A stretch of DNA of 59,851 nt, the filler included, from Bipalium vagum (taxonomy: Eukaryota): the NCBI GenBank assembly GCA_037834085.1. It is 3 parts of 3 records of this genome, joined end to end, with 100 filler letters (N's around TTAATTAATTAA, not from the genome) between each part and the next. Parts side by side here need not be neighbours in the genome. Positions count along the whole stretch, not along the records: positions 27,067 to 43,464 come from JBBMKC010113097.1; positions 43,565 to 59,851 come from JBBMKC010118321.1; 1 more part is not named here. One strand, written 5' to 3'. The notes under the pieces were generated by a model, which searched no databases, was not told the origin of the DNA, and worked only from the letters and a program-made list of their open reading frames with translations. Within the stretch, counting starts at the first letter, position 1, and each line of letters begins with the position of its first letter. The position numbers and the translations under genes were made by a program. Positions 37,284-51,900 of this stretch are shown here, one piece after another.

Positions 37284-38989
37284 TATAAAAAATAAAAAAT
37301 AATGTTAATTAATCCTTTAATTTATTAATTATTTAATAAATAACTGTTTTTATAACAAAAAGTCTTGATGGCAGTTTTAGTACTTTTTATGTAACTGAGT
37401 TAATTCAAACAATGGAATGTCAATTAATATTATTTATGAAAATAAATTTACGCTTTCCCAAGTTCTACTGAACGAAAAATTAATTCTTTTTATCTGAGAA
37501 AAGTATGTCATAATTTTATAATTTTCCTCTAATAGGAAGTATGAATTTAAACAAATTAATTATTATTAATTAAATTATCGCATATAATGATTTATCTATA
37601 TCGATTGGTGCATCGATGCTTTGCATTGTATTTTATGACTATGACAAAGATATGTTGACGAATAATTTGAATATTTATACTGACGACTGAACGTCAAATT
37701 AATGACGTTGATAAATTTGTTTTACTTGAATGTCATATTGAGATTTAAAAATAGTAGATGAAGATATGATATCTGACGGGGTCTTCTGCTTTATTACGTT
37801 TAAAGATTGATCAAATGTTTCAGAAACGACTGGAAAAATAGCCAAATCTCACGGAAAGAATAAATGTTAGAATGCTGTTGATGAAAACCGTAAAAATAAA
37901 AATTTTCTGGAGGTTCGTTTACAGTTCTTAATGCAACTGTAAAGCAGGTTGGAAAAGTCACCATTTAATAATGCAGGAAATTGGAGTTATGCGAGATGTA
38001 AATTCACTTGTAAATTTTTAAGAACCTTTTATTAAATAAAGCGCTCCCCTATTTGGATTCGAAATGAATTATCATAAAAGAGACATGGTTGACTGAATTT
38101 GTGTGTGCATTTCTTTGGTCAATATAAACAAAAATCTAAAAACTATTTTTATTAGTGATTAAGAAATAATCAATTATCACAAATGTTCCCGGACTCATTT
38201 CCCAGCCAAATATTGATTTGGTTGAACTTAAAAAGATCTACTAATTGTTCGGTCAATCTTCTAGAAACACTTCATTGATTTCTTTGGCTATTATCGTTGT
38301 ATTAAGGTCATTTTATAAGTGTCAAAGAAAACCCAGATATCTCGTTTTCAAATACGACATCTTTCATCGAGAAAAACTAACAGACGTTTGACTATTACCA
38401 TGAGCAAATGGAAAACAAATTAGAAAATACTGTGAAGAATTACCGGAATTCATTTTATTTTCATATTATCTTGTTTCAATAGATTCGTTTTCTATCTATT
38501 GTCATTTTTCATTTATCACCGAGCTCTGTACGCACAGTGGAATTTCTTTTTTTCATTATTCAAAATTATATTCATATTTTATTATATCTTGATAAGCTCA
38601 TTTCATCTACAATTTAGCTAGAAAAAGATATTTCATATCAAAGAGTTTCCTATTGAAAAATTTCCCTTATCAGTTTAAGAAATGTTCATTAACTTTAATT
38701 ATCTAATAACAGTTAAAATTATTTTAAATTTTATTTATGAAATTCACTGCATTTTATTCCATTTAGAAAATGTTAATATTATTTTTGCTTATTTAAACAA
38801 ATAATTCTATTAAAGATGGAAACGTTTTTCTTATCCATTTCAATTTGCTCTACAAATAAAATTGAAATAATAAATCATTAAAAATTATTAATAAGTAAAT
38901 TAATAAAAAAATCAATATTAATAAAAATAAATTAATTAAAATAAATTAATAAAAAATGATCAATATTAATAAAATAAATTAATGAAATA

Positions 38990-39460
38990 AAATAACTGAA
39001 ATTATTAAAAAATATTGAAAAATGATATAAAATATTATTATTACCATTTTGCAAAAGGTTTTTTCATCTTTAAACCTTCATGCAAAATAGACAAAAACAT
39101 GTTCAATTGAATTGTTTGTGGCAGAACCTATTTCCACCACGCTTATCCGTCACTCATCAAACACCTCATCGTGGATTTCTTGAATGATTTGTAGTGTTTT
39201 GCAGTTTTCGAGCGTCCATTGCGTGAGTCATCTTCGTATGTAATCATCGTATGTCCAAATCGAAACTGCAAACGGCAGCTGTGAAGTGTTGAAAAAGAAA
39301 AAAGCACCTTCTTATAATATTTCGAAGATTGTCTATGGATTTCTCTTGTGCATAATTCTTCCAGAACAAAGAATTTTAATATTCTCGGTACTTAATTTTT
39401 CATTTTACAATTAATACCGCTGTCAAATCAAATTAAAATTTGTAATTTAAACAAATGATT
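38990..39460 (-). mobile_element. mariner 5' fragment
   Basis: Decayed HTH region and VLPQT (WVP-region) remnant on -. Confidence 0.6.
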
Positions 39461-40299
39461 TTACCTTTGGAATTGATTTTATGAATATGTTAGTATTGCA
39501 GATGTAATATTGAAATGGCTAATATAATTTTGCCTTAATGTTATCATTAATCCTATCGTTATAAAAAAATTTTAATCAGTATTCTCCGTGGAGTTTTACA
39601 AGGTTTATCTCAAGAAAAAAGATTTTTAACGTTAATTTCACAAATAAAGAAAGTAATCCCGTAACAACTTCCAATGACTTACACGACTTTTGGAATTTTG
39701 TTGAAAAGAAATTTTATGGAAATCATTTTCCGTATCTTAGCAACAGCCATTACAATGACGATCAATATTCAGTACAAAAGAACGGGTCAGTGAGTACTCT
39801 TCGGGGACTGGGACTGTGGAGAGTTTGTTTACGAAATCAAAAGTTTAAGTTGAATTAGAAGGATAAAAAGAAAATAAAGATTAAAGTTCCCAGCAATGAT
39901 ATTTAATAGACTTCAATGAGGCAATGATTTGGAAGAAAATGATGTGGAAAGAAATTTTGTATTTCTTCAAATCATTATAGTCCTTCTTTGGATATATAAA
40001 TAACATAATTCCGATTTTACTGTAATTTTTCCTTTTTGATTATAATTTTTTAATATTAATAATAATAATTGATAATAATAATAATGATAATAATAATAGA
40101 CCAATTTCAATAATTAGAATTATGGTAAATAAAGACCAAATAATTACATAATATAATATGAAGACTATTTTTCCAATATTGTCTCCTTTGGTGTCTCGGT
40201 TTAATTACAAATAAATAAATAAATAATTTTAAAAATATACTGAATATAATTGTAACGGGAAAATGAAATTCTTGAACCATTTTGATATTTTTAAATTAA

Positions 40300-41400
40300 T
40301 ACAAAGTCTAATAACATCAACTTAGCAAAATATATTTAGTTAAGCTAGAAATACGCTTGTTTGAATGAAAAACATTTACTATACTATCAAATATAGTCAC
40401 GTTGCCATAGCAAATCATTTACTTTCAATTGTCAATTTAAATAGATGCGGTAAATGGATTTATTATTTTTTCACTCCAGAAAACTCTTTCTTACTGATCA
40501 ACCTTAACCAAGGAGCAATACACGAGAAGTTGAATCAGTGGATTGTGGTAAATTAACCAATAGATTAACCAATATATTATTGGATATACAATAAATAATC
40601 AAAATTTTTTAACTGCCTTAAAATTTATTTTAGTAAACCTGATACAAATTTATCAATCAAAGTGATGGCCATTGTTATGAATAACTTTAAACCATCTTGT
40701 AGGCAGTTCATGAATTCCATCTTGAAAAAAAAATTTCCTCAAGCCAATTTTGTATGGCATTCATTGATTAAAAGTGTATATCACACAAGGCCTGCTGCAT
40801 TGATAATGATAATTAGTTTGAGCAATGTCTGTCTGGCTCCAAGATATCCCAGCCCATCTTCATTTTGCTGTCCTTTGTCTTTGAAGCTATATGTTGCCTA
40901 GCATTGTCATGCAATAATATCATAGGTTGTTTTCCTTTTCAACTAAGCGTGTGTTTTAACTTCAAGTATAGATTCAAATGAATTATTTGATTTTACTAAA
41001 TCGGCAGTAACTGTTTCTCCAACATCTAACAGCCTATATTATGTCACGCCATTAATATGGAGACCATTATTTTTTTCCGAAATGATTTCACTTTGAGACC
41101 GATGTTGATGGTTTTCTAGGACACCTATAACTTTTTAAGTTTAGGTTTATCATATTGAATCCATTTCTCATCTCTCATTATGATGTTCCATAAGAACGAC
41201 TTTCGATGCTGAATATTAAGAAGAGAAAACATGTTTCCATTCTTTGACTTTCATTGGATTGAGTGAGTCCATGTGGAACACTGCTGAACCAAATGTAATA
41301 GACATCTCTGATTGACATTTTTGAAAACCTGATTATAATTAATATATATAATTTAAATAAATATTAATCGAAGATTGAAATATTAAAACAACTGTTCTTA
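40300..41400 (-). mobile_element. degenerate mariner
   Basis: On -: YPMILLHDNA, LGARQTL and C-terminal remnants; ends approximate. Confidence 0.75.
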
Positions 41401-43316
41401 AAAAACCAAAGATTTCAATATTTAATAAACCACGTAAACAGAAAAACATGAAAAAAAGACAAAACAGAAGATCATTTCTTCACTGTTAATTCTTATAATA
41501 TTACCAAAATATATTTTTCATTTCTAGTTTTATATTTTATAATTAATTTAACATACTTTCCCTAACCCTTAATTTATTAATTGGTTTTGTTTTAAACTTT
41601 AAATTTATTTAATTTTATTGCATTAAAAATAATAAAAATATAATTGGTTATATAATTATAAAAAATATTATTATTTTCAAATATTATAAAAATTCCCAAT
41701 GATACTTAATTTATTAACGAAAATAAATTTAATAAAATTAAATATCTGAAATTGATTTAAAAATAATTTGATAAAGTTAATAATTCAATATTATTGATTT
41801 TTAACACTATCCAAAAAATAAGGAAATATGAGAATATTTTAACATTTATTTCAGTTAAATATCAAATATATAATAATGAATAAATATAAAACAAAATAAA
41901 ATAAAAACAAACATTGTGATATTATTTTATTATCATTATTATTTTTATCGAAATATTTTATTTAAAATAAAAAATGTTACTAACAATTTATTATTATTAA
42001 AAAATAATGTATTAATTAATCAATCAATTATTAAAATAAAAATTAATGAAAAAAATCATTAAAAAAGATTAAGTAACGATTTTTTTATAAAATATGTAAT
42101 TAATTAATTAAATTAATATTTTCATAATGTTGTTCGACATACTTGATAAAATGAATTGTTAATTAATTAATTAATTAATTGATTAATTAATTACATGAAA
42201 TTTCAGAATACATTGAACGAATCATTGACAATAGTAAGAAATTGCAAAAGAATTCTGAAAATAGGTAAAAGATTATAAATGAAATTAAATTAATTAAAAA
42301 TTTAATGTGTTAATCAATATCGCTGTTTAAAGGGAATGTAAAATAGATGAGATTATAGAATTTCAGTAACGCAACTCAGAGAGATTGTGTTTTAATTGGG
42401 AAAAGATGAATTAAAATACTTTTGCCATGGAAACGAATTTAGTAAAACAACACTTGTTCATATTTAAAATCACATATTTGTTTTCAAAGTTTATCGATAC
42501 GACGTACGGGTTTTGTTTATTTAAACAGTGGAAAATATTCAATCAGAATTAAAAGAAAAACGAAATGATTAAAACAAAGTAAACATTTCAACGTTTTGCT
42601 ACGGAATTTATTTCCATTGAATAATATTCACAATTTCTATTTCTTTTTTTTCCGTATATTTTCTACTTTTGTCGATTTTTATGCTTTATTTTGTTTTAAT
42701 AGATATAATATTCTTTTTGTCTACAGAGTCTTCCTAATTACTGAGGGAATTGTAGTTAATGAATAAATTATTTCTTCCACGAGAATATCATCGAATATCC
42801 CTTTATTCTGACAATTTTTTGCAAAATAATAATGTATAACAAAAGAGGGTGAATATCAATATATTCCTCAACATTTTCAACCACATACTTTCTGTACCTC
42901 TCGGTGTACGGATATGCATTTCAGTTAAAGAAAAAAATGAATAACTTTTTCCTGTTGCCACATTGAAATATACATTTAGAAAGAAAATCACCTTTTAAAA
43001 AGCCAAGGCTTTTTTCTCATTTTCTTCCTAACATTTTGATGAATTAACAATTTTGTTTTAATTACCACGTACTTTGAATAATAATTATGAAATAATTTTT
43101 TAAAAATTTCTTTCACTGCTGTATTAAGTATTATTAAAAACGAAACAATTTCCGAAAGGCCTTTTATCACAAATTCTAAATATTTTTAAAAGAAAATGAT
43201 TTGTTTTATTTTCTTTTTTTCTTTTTAATATTTTTAATTTACTTTATTTTTGTTTTTAATTTATTTTAACAAATATGAGAGAAATAAGTGAAATGATAAT
43301 CTTTTACATATTGATT

Positions 43317-43464
43317 ATTAATATTTTTATTAATATTTGTATTAATATTTGTATTAATATTTTTATTAATATTTGTATTAATATTTGTATTAATATTTTT
43401 ATTAATATTTTTATTAATATTTTTATTAATATTTTTATTAATATTTTTATTAATATTTTTATTA
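43317..43464. repeat. 12-bp minisatellite attaatattt(t/g)t running into the contig end
   Basis: About 12 copies; source of the spurious INIF/INIC ORF. Confidence 0.95.
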
Positions 43465-43564
43465 NNNNNNNNNNNNNNNNNNNNNNNNNNNNNNNNNNNN
43501 NNNNNNNNTTAATTAATTAANNNNNNNNNNNNNNNNNNNNNNNNNNNNNNNNNNNNNNNNNNNN
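43465..43564. other. artificial contig spacer (44 N + TTAATTAATTAA + 44 N)
   Basis: Identical to the spacer at 26967. Confidence 0.97.
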
Positions 43565-43850
43565 TTAGATCCTTTTTAGAAATAATTAATTGCCCATTTT
43601 TGTACTTTTTAATTAATTAATTAATAATTATTATTTTATTATTATTATTAATTTATTTCTGACTCTCTTGCGGTCTTAGTAATTAATTGATAATAATCAA
43701 TTTAAACCCTATTGCGGTCTCTACCATATACTTTAAAAGGGTTGGCAAGGATTTGTCCTTGGCTAACCCAACAATATTAATATAATAATGCAAATATACT
43801 TGATAATGTCAAGTAACCGAGAAAGTTCGATCGTTTTTAAAAAATGTGAC

Positions 43851-44844
43851 TTAGGTGTGTATAAATAACCTTTTTATTTTAAAAAAGAAAAGTGGTTTTA
43901 TAATGAAATATCATATTTTGTCCTTATTCGTTTTCTTTAAATTGATCGATTTCTTTAAAAATGTAAACATTTAATTCAAATCCAAAAAGGCTATAGATAA
44001 AAATTTAATTAGAGCATGTTTGATTTATGAATTCAAATTGGGGTCTAACGCTTCAGAAGCATGTCATAGGATATGTCTAGCGCTTAGTAATGATGTCTTA
44101 CAGGAGAGGACATCCTAAAAATGCCTTATAAAATTAACGTTGATGAGTCTTTTTGAAGATGTATTACACTCCAGAAGACCATCTGACATCTGTGACCAAG
44201 AGCTAAAAACTTGTTGAAGAAAATTCTAAACTTTCATGCCAAGAGTTTGTCGAAGATTAATGTAAGAGACGAAATATGTCGCACACATTTGCATGCAATT
44301 GAAAATTCAAAGAAACTGCCCAAGCGGATCTCACTTTCATTAACAAAAAAGAAAAAGCTTCACAGATTAATACTAAGTTCTTCTCATCTTTCACGATATG
44401 GTGTAACATCATTTTTGGACTTCTTGGTTACCTGTGATGAAAAATGGATTTACTTTATCAACAATGTCAGCTCAGAAACAATGAGATTACACTGGATGAG
44501 ATTGCAGAGAAGATGCTGGGCGATGAAGAGCCGGTGGGAACCGAAGGTGATGACATAACTATCGAGGACTAAGTCGTTTCGTTCGAAGAAGCCCATTGCA
44601 CTTGGAGCACCGTACAGATGTTCTTGTAACAGAAAAGCGAGAAGCCCAATGTGATGCAAGCGTGCGATCAGTTAGATAACGAGATGCACGTGATTCGTCA
44701 AAAGAAGATCCGCCAGCTGACGATTCTTGAAAGCTTTGTGCTGATAAGTAACTTGAGAAAATAAATTTCTCATTTTATGCCACTCTTGCTGCTATGCAAC
44801 TCTTGCTAGGTCACGACAACTGGCCTAGTAACGAGATTCGACTA
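43851..44844 (+). mobile_element. mariner 5' half abutting a pogo/Tigger 3' end
   Basis: Mariner TIR ttaggtgtgtataaataa, RACLIYEFKLGSNASEA, LVTCDEKWIYF; then acidic tail ..KKIRQLTILESF and Tigger-type end aacgagattcgacta-TA. Confidence 0.8.
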
Positions 44845-47031
44845 TATAATTCCATGATTATCCTATTAAACGAATAACAACTTTATTTTCATAATTATCT
44901 GTAATTCCATTTGATTTGGTTAACGAAAATAGTCTACTTTCATATTATTAAGGCTAAATTATTTTCTATTCAAATATTTATTGTTTAACATGTTAAAAGT
45001 AAGTGTCACGATTAATTTAGATCTCCCCATATTTTTCTTTACCGTTTAAGTCGTCACATCGAGAGTTGATGTTTTTCATCATTTAAAGAAAAATTCCATA
45101 ACTTCAAAAAACCAGTGTTCATTAGTGTAGATGAAAGAGTTTCACAAATTTTGTACGGAAACGTTTTTTTAACGACTAAGAGATTTTTTTCAATTACCTT
45201 CATATGGATATATATCAACTATATATATATCACTCTGTTAGAGATATTTATGATTGACAGATATTTACTGCAAATTCTGAAGAAAACCATTCTGAGAAAA
45301 GTTCCAATTTAAACAATTTTCATTGCTCTAATTTTCAATATCGGACTGTCGAATATAATTAATTGAACTTCAAACCTGGATCATATTTAAAAGTTCAGTC
45401 TATACTGAAGAGGAATATAAAAAGAGTAATTCAATCAGAACGAGACGCCCTTGTCTTTAATGCTTGATTTAATCCTTTAATAGTCAAGTCGACTTTATTT
45501 TTGTTTGTTTCAATTAATCCATGAACTTTTTTGTCTGATTCCTTTTTTTCCTTCTTAAAACAATACACTGACGTAGAATCTTAACGAAAACAATGATAAT
45601 TTTCAATTAATTTTTCAATTTTTTTACATAAATAAGAAGACAAAATTACATTAAACATTTTTTTTCAAAATTTATAGTCCAAGTCGATAATCAATGTGTT
45701 ATTGGTTATAAAGGGTTATCAGTATCCTTCTCGATCTTGCAACGTATACGTACCGAGATCTCATTGAAATGTTTGACATTATTGGAATGTATAACAAAAA
45801 GGAAGTTCCTTTCAAAGCTGGACAATGATTTAGGGAAACTCGAACGTTTTTTATTCAAAATGTCAATTCGATTTTATTAAAATTATTTTACTTTTAAGGT
45901 GAGAGTGTTCATGAAATTAAGGCTTAAGATCCTCAATTCTCGAAATTAATCCAGAAACAACTCTGTAGAAATGTGAGGAGAGACTATTTGTTTTACTTAT
46001 TATTTCATTAGAAAATAATTTTCATACAAGTTATGGAAAGGCACCAAAGTGTTAATGACTTTGTCTCATAAAAAGCACTGATTTTAAAATATTGTCTAGA
46101 ATAATAAGCATTAGCTTTTGCTATAATTGCGTACTCAAATAAAATGTTAAACACATTCACTCTGTAATAAGTAAAATAATGTACAAATATTACTTGAAAA
46201 GTTAATTATCCAAAGGTTACTTGCAAAGATCTTCGATTCTTTAAAACTGGCAAATATTGCAGCAAATATATTGATGGTTAAAAAGCACATATATTATTAT
46301 AAATAATTGAGTTGGTATGGCTGGGTTTTTCACTTTAGAATCAATCGGTCGTTTCCAAGATGATGGTTAATAATCAATAGTCATATAAAAAATCATTAAG
46401 AGGTATTATTCAATTTCATAATGGGCTTAACTTCATTAATTAATTCTCTGACGCATTGTGGTATTAAATGTGACCCACTTTTTCCGATATTCATCATTCG
46501 AAATTAAGTTTTTCTATCATAATCCGATTTTTTCTTACAAGCTGATAAACAGATACCTTTACTACAAAGGGTTTAGTCGCAGTTGCGTAGATACATCATA
46601 TCCGAAAATCATCGAAAAAATCGATATTTCTTTAGAAAATGGTACAAAAACCTTCTAATGTAGAGCTTGGTGTCAATTTCATTCAAAATTTTAATCAAGA
46701 TTCAATTTTGCAACATACTTATTAAGCACTGAATGTTTTTCTTATAAATACTTTACTGTTCTTTTGCAGAAAAATAATGAGATTTCATGTCACATGAAAG
46801 GTTTACTCAATTTCCAAAAAAATTTTGATCAATATTATGACTTAAAACAAAGTCAATAAAAGTGCTCTCATGGTGATCTCGAGCAGATTAAGCAAATACT
46901 ACAACAAATCTTTGGCAAAAACTTCTTATTCATTTCGCTTCTTGTTTTTTTTTATTACTAATAGTCGAATATAACAATGAATAAAATAAGTTTCATGAAT
47001 ATTAATATCCATTTGAAAAAAAATTTAGTGC

Positions 47032-47087
<56 letters not shown>
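47032..47087. repeat. (AAT)n microsatellite
   Basis: About 18 perfect units. Confidence 0.97.
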
Positions 47088-47089
<2 letters not shown>

Positions 47090-47429
47090 TAAATCTTAAA
47101 ATAATAATTAAAATATTAACTTATTAAACTACCACTAATGATTTCATTTGAAACAATGATTAGCAACAATAGATTAAATATTTAATTAAAACAACTGTTA
47201 AATTTCCTTTCCTTTTAATTTATTTGTTCTATTCAATAGAAGCAGTCGTGTCATTTTGACTTGTGAATGGTTCATTTCTTTTACATTCGATATACCACAT
47301 GAAAATTGTGGGCGGTGATCTATTATAATTATTTTGATTAATGATTTTTGTCTCTCAATCAGAGTCACTCAAACCTCCTTTTTAATGTATACATTTAATT
47401 TATAAAATAATATAACTTAATGAAATTAC

Positions 47430-47543
47430 CGTTTATATTAAAACCAGTTAATTTAGGACATGCTGCAATAGCCGTTTCCCCAGCTCTTGTGTAATTCCAA
47501 CAGGTCCCAAAGAAATCCAGGTGTGATAAACAATACTTTATTT
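47430..47543 (-). CDS. class B (secretin-family) GPCR, exon 2 (hormone-receptor domain)
   Basis: tttcag acceptor; IKYCLSHLDFFGTCWNYTRAGETAIAACPKLTGFNIN matches C...D..GTCW..T.AG.....CP; G|gtaatt donor; phase 1-1. Confidence 0.9.
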
Positions 47544-47999
47544 CTGAAAGAAAATTAATTTTATATAGCAATAGCAGTATTTTATAAGGTAAACATAAAA
47601 TAAATGAAAATGATACAACGAGATTAAAAATTAACGCTTTAACTTATCTTTTTCGTTCCTTCTAATTAAGTCCATATAGAGTAAAATAGATTTAAAATGT
47701 AATATTTAATAATTATATTAATATTTTTATTAACGAAGTCAACTACGGATCTGATTTTAAAATTATATGCTTGTGTTCATAAACAAGCAACACCGTTTTC
47801 AAATCAAGAATATGTAATTCTAAAAATCTTATTCCATTGTGCCGCAACATCATAAAAATCAAAATATTAGAGTGTCAATGATATCACGATCTCTCGACCT
47901 CTGTGATTGAATGAAAAAAATAAAATATATTATAATATGATTACTAAGAATTATTTGGACTCGAATTTTTAATTATTAATCCCTCAAATAAAATGACAA

Positions 48000-49253
48000 T
48001 TAGGTTGTAACATAATTTTTCGTGATTTTTTACAATATATAAAATGAAGTTATGAAAACATAGTTTATTTAGGAATAATAATGAAAATCATTCGATAACA
48101 TAATTTCCGTCATTGTTTAGGACCTTCTTCCATCTTTCCACCAATTTTTCGAAACTTTCACTCAATAAATTGCTAGATTTGCTTTGAAAGAAATTTGTGG
48201 TCCAAATTTTAAGATATTGCCTCGTTCGGAAAAGTAATACCTTTCATTTAGTTTGGCAGCGAGCGGAAAAGATAAAATTCAGTTGGCGCAAGATCCGAAG
48301 AATACACAAGGGTTGGAAAAATCTCCCAATTGAGCTCTTTGAGGGTGGTTTTGGTTATATTTTCCGTGTACGGTCTGGCGTTATTATGGAGAAGAATCAC
48401 TTTGGCTCGTTTATACTGGTAGTTCACTTTAATAATGTCGTTTACTCGACGCAATTGATTTATGTATAATAGCATGTCGACTGTCTTGCCTTTTGAAACC
48501 ATTTCCAAGTGTATCAGACAATCCCAATTCCACTAAACACACATTATATTTTTTGGATGCAATTCTGGTTTAATTCTGGACGTACCTGTGCAACCAGGAG
48601 TCATCTACTACTCACTATACTTTAAATTTGTATACAGACACCCTTTTTCATTCCCTGTTATGATTCGATGAAGAAAACGCTTTTTGTGGTTGCGTGTTGC
48701 TCGGTGTCTGGCAAGACTTTGAGCAGCAATTTATAAACGACTTTCTCTGATTTTTTCATTGAACTCATATGGTACATAGAAACCAACTTTGGCAAAAACC
48801 ATTTGATTTTAGGTGGTGGTATACTGTCATTTGATTTCTATTCACGTTTTGTGATAATTCCCTGCATGTTTGACGACGCCCACTTCCACCAGTTTGATCA
48901 ATTGGTTATCATTTAAATGTGTAATTTTCAAATTTATTATACCAATATTTTGCAGTTGTTCAGGCTAAAAATTTTTTTTCGACACTGCAAATTTCCTTGA
49001 CAGCTTCTTCTACTTTGCTACTGCGATTAAAATAAAATAATAATGTGTCGAAAACGGTGCTTTTGATCAATTTTGCATTTCATTTCAAACCAGTGGATTT
49101 TTAAAAAATCAAATGATATATCACAATATTTACTATAATTTTCTTAATAAGTAAAATAGATTTCAAATAAATGTATTTACTAATATATAAATATAATCTG
49201 GTTAAACAAAACTGTAATACATTAAATTCACGAAAAATTATGTTAAGACCTAA
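48000..49253 (-). mobile_element. near full-length degenerate mariner in GPCR intron 1
   Basis: TIRs ttaggttgtaacataatttttcgtga / tcacgaaaaattatgttaagacctaa; ILLHNNARPY and YSSDLAPTEFYLFRSL. Confidence 0.93.
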
Positions 49254-50305
49254 TACTTCGAGCCAGATTCCTCGGTAATCAGAAAACTTTTGTGGCAACA
49301 AATATACTCAATAAAAAAATTTGACAATATCTGATAATTAGGTCATATATGGATTGGGTATATTGATGGTTATATATGGATAATTATAACCACTAATGGA
49401 TTCTCAACATATAAACATTATTATATCCAAAAAACATCACGAGAATGTCTTAGAAAATGTTACTTAGAATGTTACTTAGAAAATCCCATCAAATGTTAAA
49501 ATGTTTCATAAGACTCAATACTAAGTAACACCTGGTGTTATCTAATGCCTATATCCAGTAGACCTTATAATTATAATCATAAATAATATTAACTCTCCAA
49601 TACCGCCAAATTGAAAACAAACTTGTTTAAGGTTTAATTATTGAAGATTGTTTTATTTCCATCACGATATTTTATATTTTATACGATATTTTTTATGTAT
49701 AATAGATCTTGCACGATTTGCTTCAATTGCAATGTGTCAAGAGAAAATGGTCATAAATACTATTTTCCGACGATTTATTAAGCAATAAGGTATAATAATG
49801 AGATACATTTATTTCAGTTGTTCGAAATAGGTGATACGTGCTTGACTTATTTTTAATATCGCTGATATATCATGTTGTCCTCATTACCTACTTTGAATTA
49901 AGGTTTCTATGTTATAAACTAATTTACGATTGTATTCTAATTCTATTCCAAGACTTATTTAAAGATTCCTTTATATTTTACAATGTAAAAACCTTTTTAT
50001 AGATGGTTGGTGTTGAACAAGGAGTTAAACAGAAAATCATCAATGAATAATAACCATACCTTCGTTAAATTCTAAGAGTTAGAAATTGGTTTCAACAAAT
50101 TTTCTACATGAAAAAAATCCATTTCATAACACTAAATGCTACAAATGCAGCTTGTAGACGATTTTCAATACTGGTAGATATCAATGAGAATTTCCCATAA
50201 TTTTACAATAATTGAAAAGGTTACCCAAAATACAGAATATTATACAATAAGTTGAAACATATTTAATAAGAAATCTATGAAAAATATACTTCCTATTTTA
50301 ATGTA

Positions 50306-51900
50306 AAGGGTGTTCGATAAGTCTATTCAAAATGTATTTTTATTATTATTTCCACATTAAAAATGTTTAAAATAAACGTTTAATATATAATAGTAATTTA
50401 AATAATTAAATTTTATTTAGTCTGTAAAAAAATTTGATTTAATATTGATAAAGGCGTTTTTATAAATTTCAGAATTTTGACAACAGAAGAAAGAATTTTT
50501 TTGTGTTTAGAATATCATACCACAAAATCAATAATCTTAGTTCGACGGAAACGGACGTGTGAATCGTCACAACTGTATCATATGGGTTCCTGAAAATCCT
50601 GGAAACCCTGCTGAAATTCCAAGAATATCATCAAAAGTGAATCTTAGAATAGCGATGTCTTCCAAAAACTAATTGGTTCCTACTTTTGTTGGGGTTCAAC
50701 TCCAATCATATAAGTTCTGTAAATAAAAATTTGGAAAAAAAATAAAATTTAACTAATAACCTGTCTAATTTAAAATTAAGTATTTTAATTATTAATTTAA
50801 AATTAATTAAATAAATTTTTTAAAAATGAAGTTTAAATATTATTTTACAATCAACTACTGATTTTTAATCAGTAGCGTGTATTTCTAAAATTATAATTTT
50901 CAAAAATGTTTAGAATTTTATTTTATTTTTAATAATAATTAAATATAGAAAGTACGTCATGATTGACAGCTTCACTAGCCAATCAGAGACGCTAAACGAT
51001 CAGTAAATAGTATATAAGCCAGCGAAAATTCATTATTTTTCGCCCAGAAAATTTCCAGATAAAAGGTATGTTTTAGTTTGATAATTTTATCTTGCTGACC
51101 TTGGTTTTTCCTGGCATAGCTTTTTAATTAAGGAGTGTAGTTTTTAGATTGCCTGAGCAATTTGGTGATTTAGTGTCACTGCCGATTGTTGAAGTTTGTT
51201 TGCTGTAATTAAAAGGGTTTTACCCTCATTTAATTTAATAAAGCTTTATAGTGTTACTTTTGTGTTTTCGTTAGAGGGTGAGATAACGAACTCTTAAGAT
51301 AGGCCCACAGCAACCTCAGTGTAGGTTTGGTGAGCTAGATAAGAGTTGCGCCAACACTTTTTTGAATCGGACACTGTGAAATCAGAAAATTATTTACCAA
51401 TGCTCAAAGATTATTTTGTACACTTTAAAGCCATAGAATTCTGCGAAAATCATTTTTCCACAAGATGGAGCACCTCCACATTGGAATATGGCAATAAGTC
51501 AATTTCTCAATGAAATATTTCTTCAACGATGAATTGGACGTAAAGGTTCAATTAGCTGGACTCCTAAGAGTCCAAATCTCACTTCATTGGATTTTTTCTT
51601 GTGGGGTTATATAAAGAACATTGTCTATCGTAACCTTATATCCACCATTGATGAATTTAAGAAAAGAATTATTGACCGATGCTTGAAGTAAACAAATCAA
51701 TGCGGAGCAGAATAGTGAAAACTTTCAATTCTCATTTCATGTTTTGCAGAGACAAAAATGGACATCATTTTGAGCACACTTTATGACAACATAAACTGTA
51801 ATTATTGATATTTAAAAGTAAAGTAAATAAACACATTAAATGATTGTCACTTTTTTTATAATATTTACAAATTGTTAAAATGATGAATAGGCTTATCGAC
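50306..51900 (+). mobile_element. degenerate Tc1/mariner (DUF4817-type) split by a solo LTR
   Basis: TIR aagggtgttcgataagtctattca / tgaataggcttatcga; LIGSYF|FES, QDGAPPHW, WTPKSPNLTSLDFFLWGYIK, NGHHFEH. Confidence 0.9.
50687..51356 (+). mobile_element. 670-bp solo LTR (probably Ty3/gypsy)
   Basis: TGTTGG...CCAACA termini, 4-bp TSD CTTT, CCAAT at 50979, TATATAA at 51011; removing it rejoins the host transposase frame. Confidence 0.88.

Noticed and set aside
41558-41570. CCCTAACCCT, similar to a telomerase RNA template
   Set aside because: Isolated 10-mer in an AT desert with no supporting structure or promoter.
43275-43520. 81-aa ORF with INIF/INIC repeats
   Set aside because: Translation of a 12-bp minisatellite plus N spacer.
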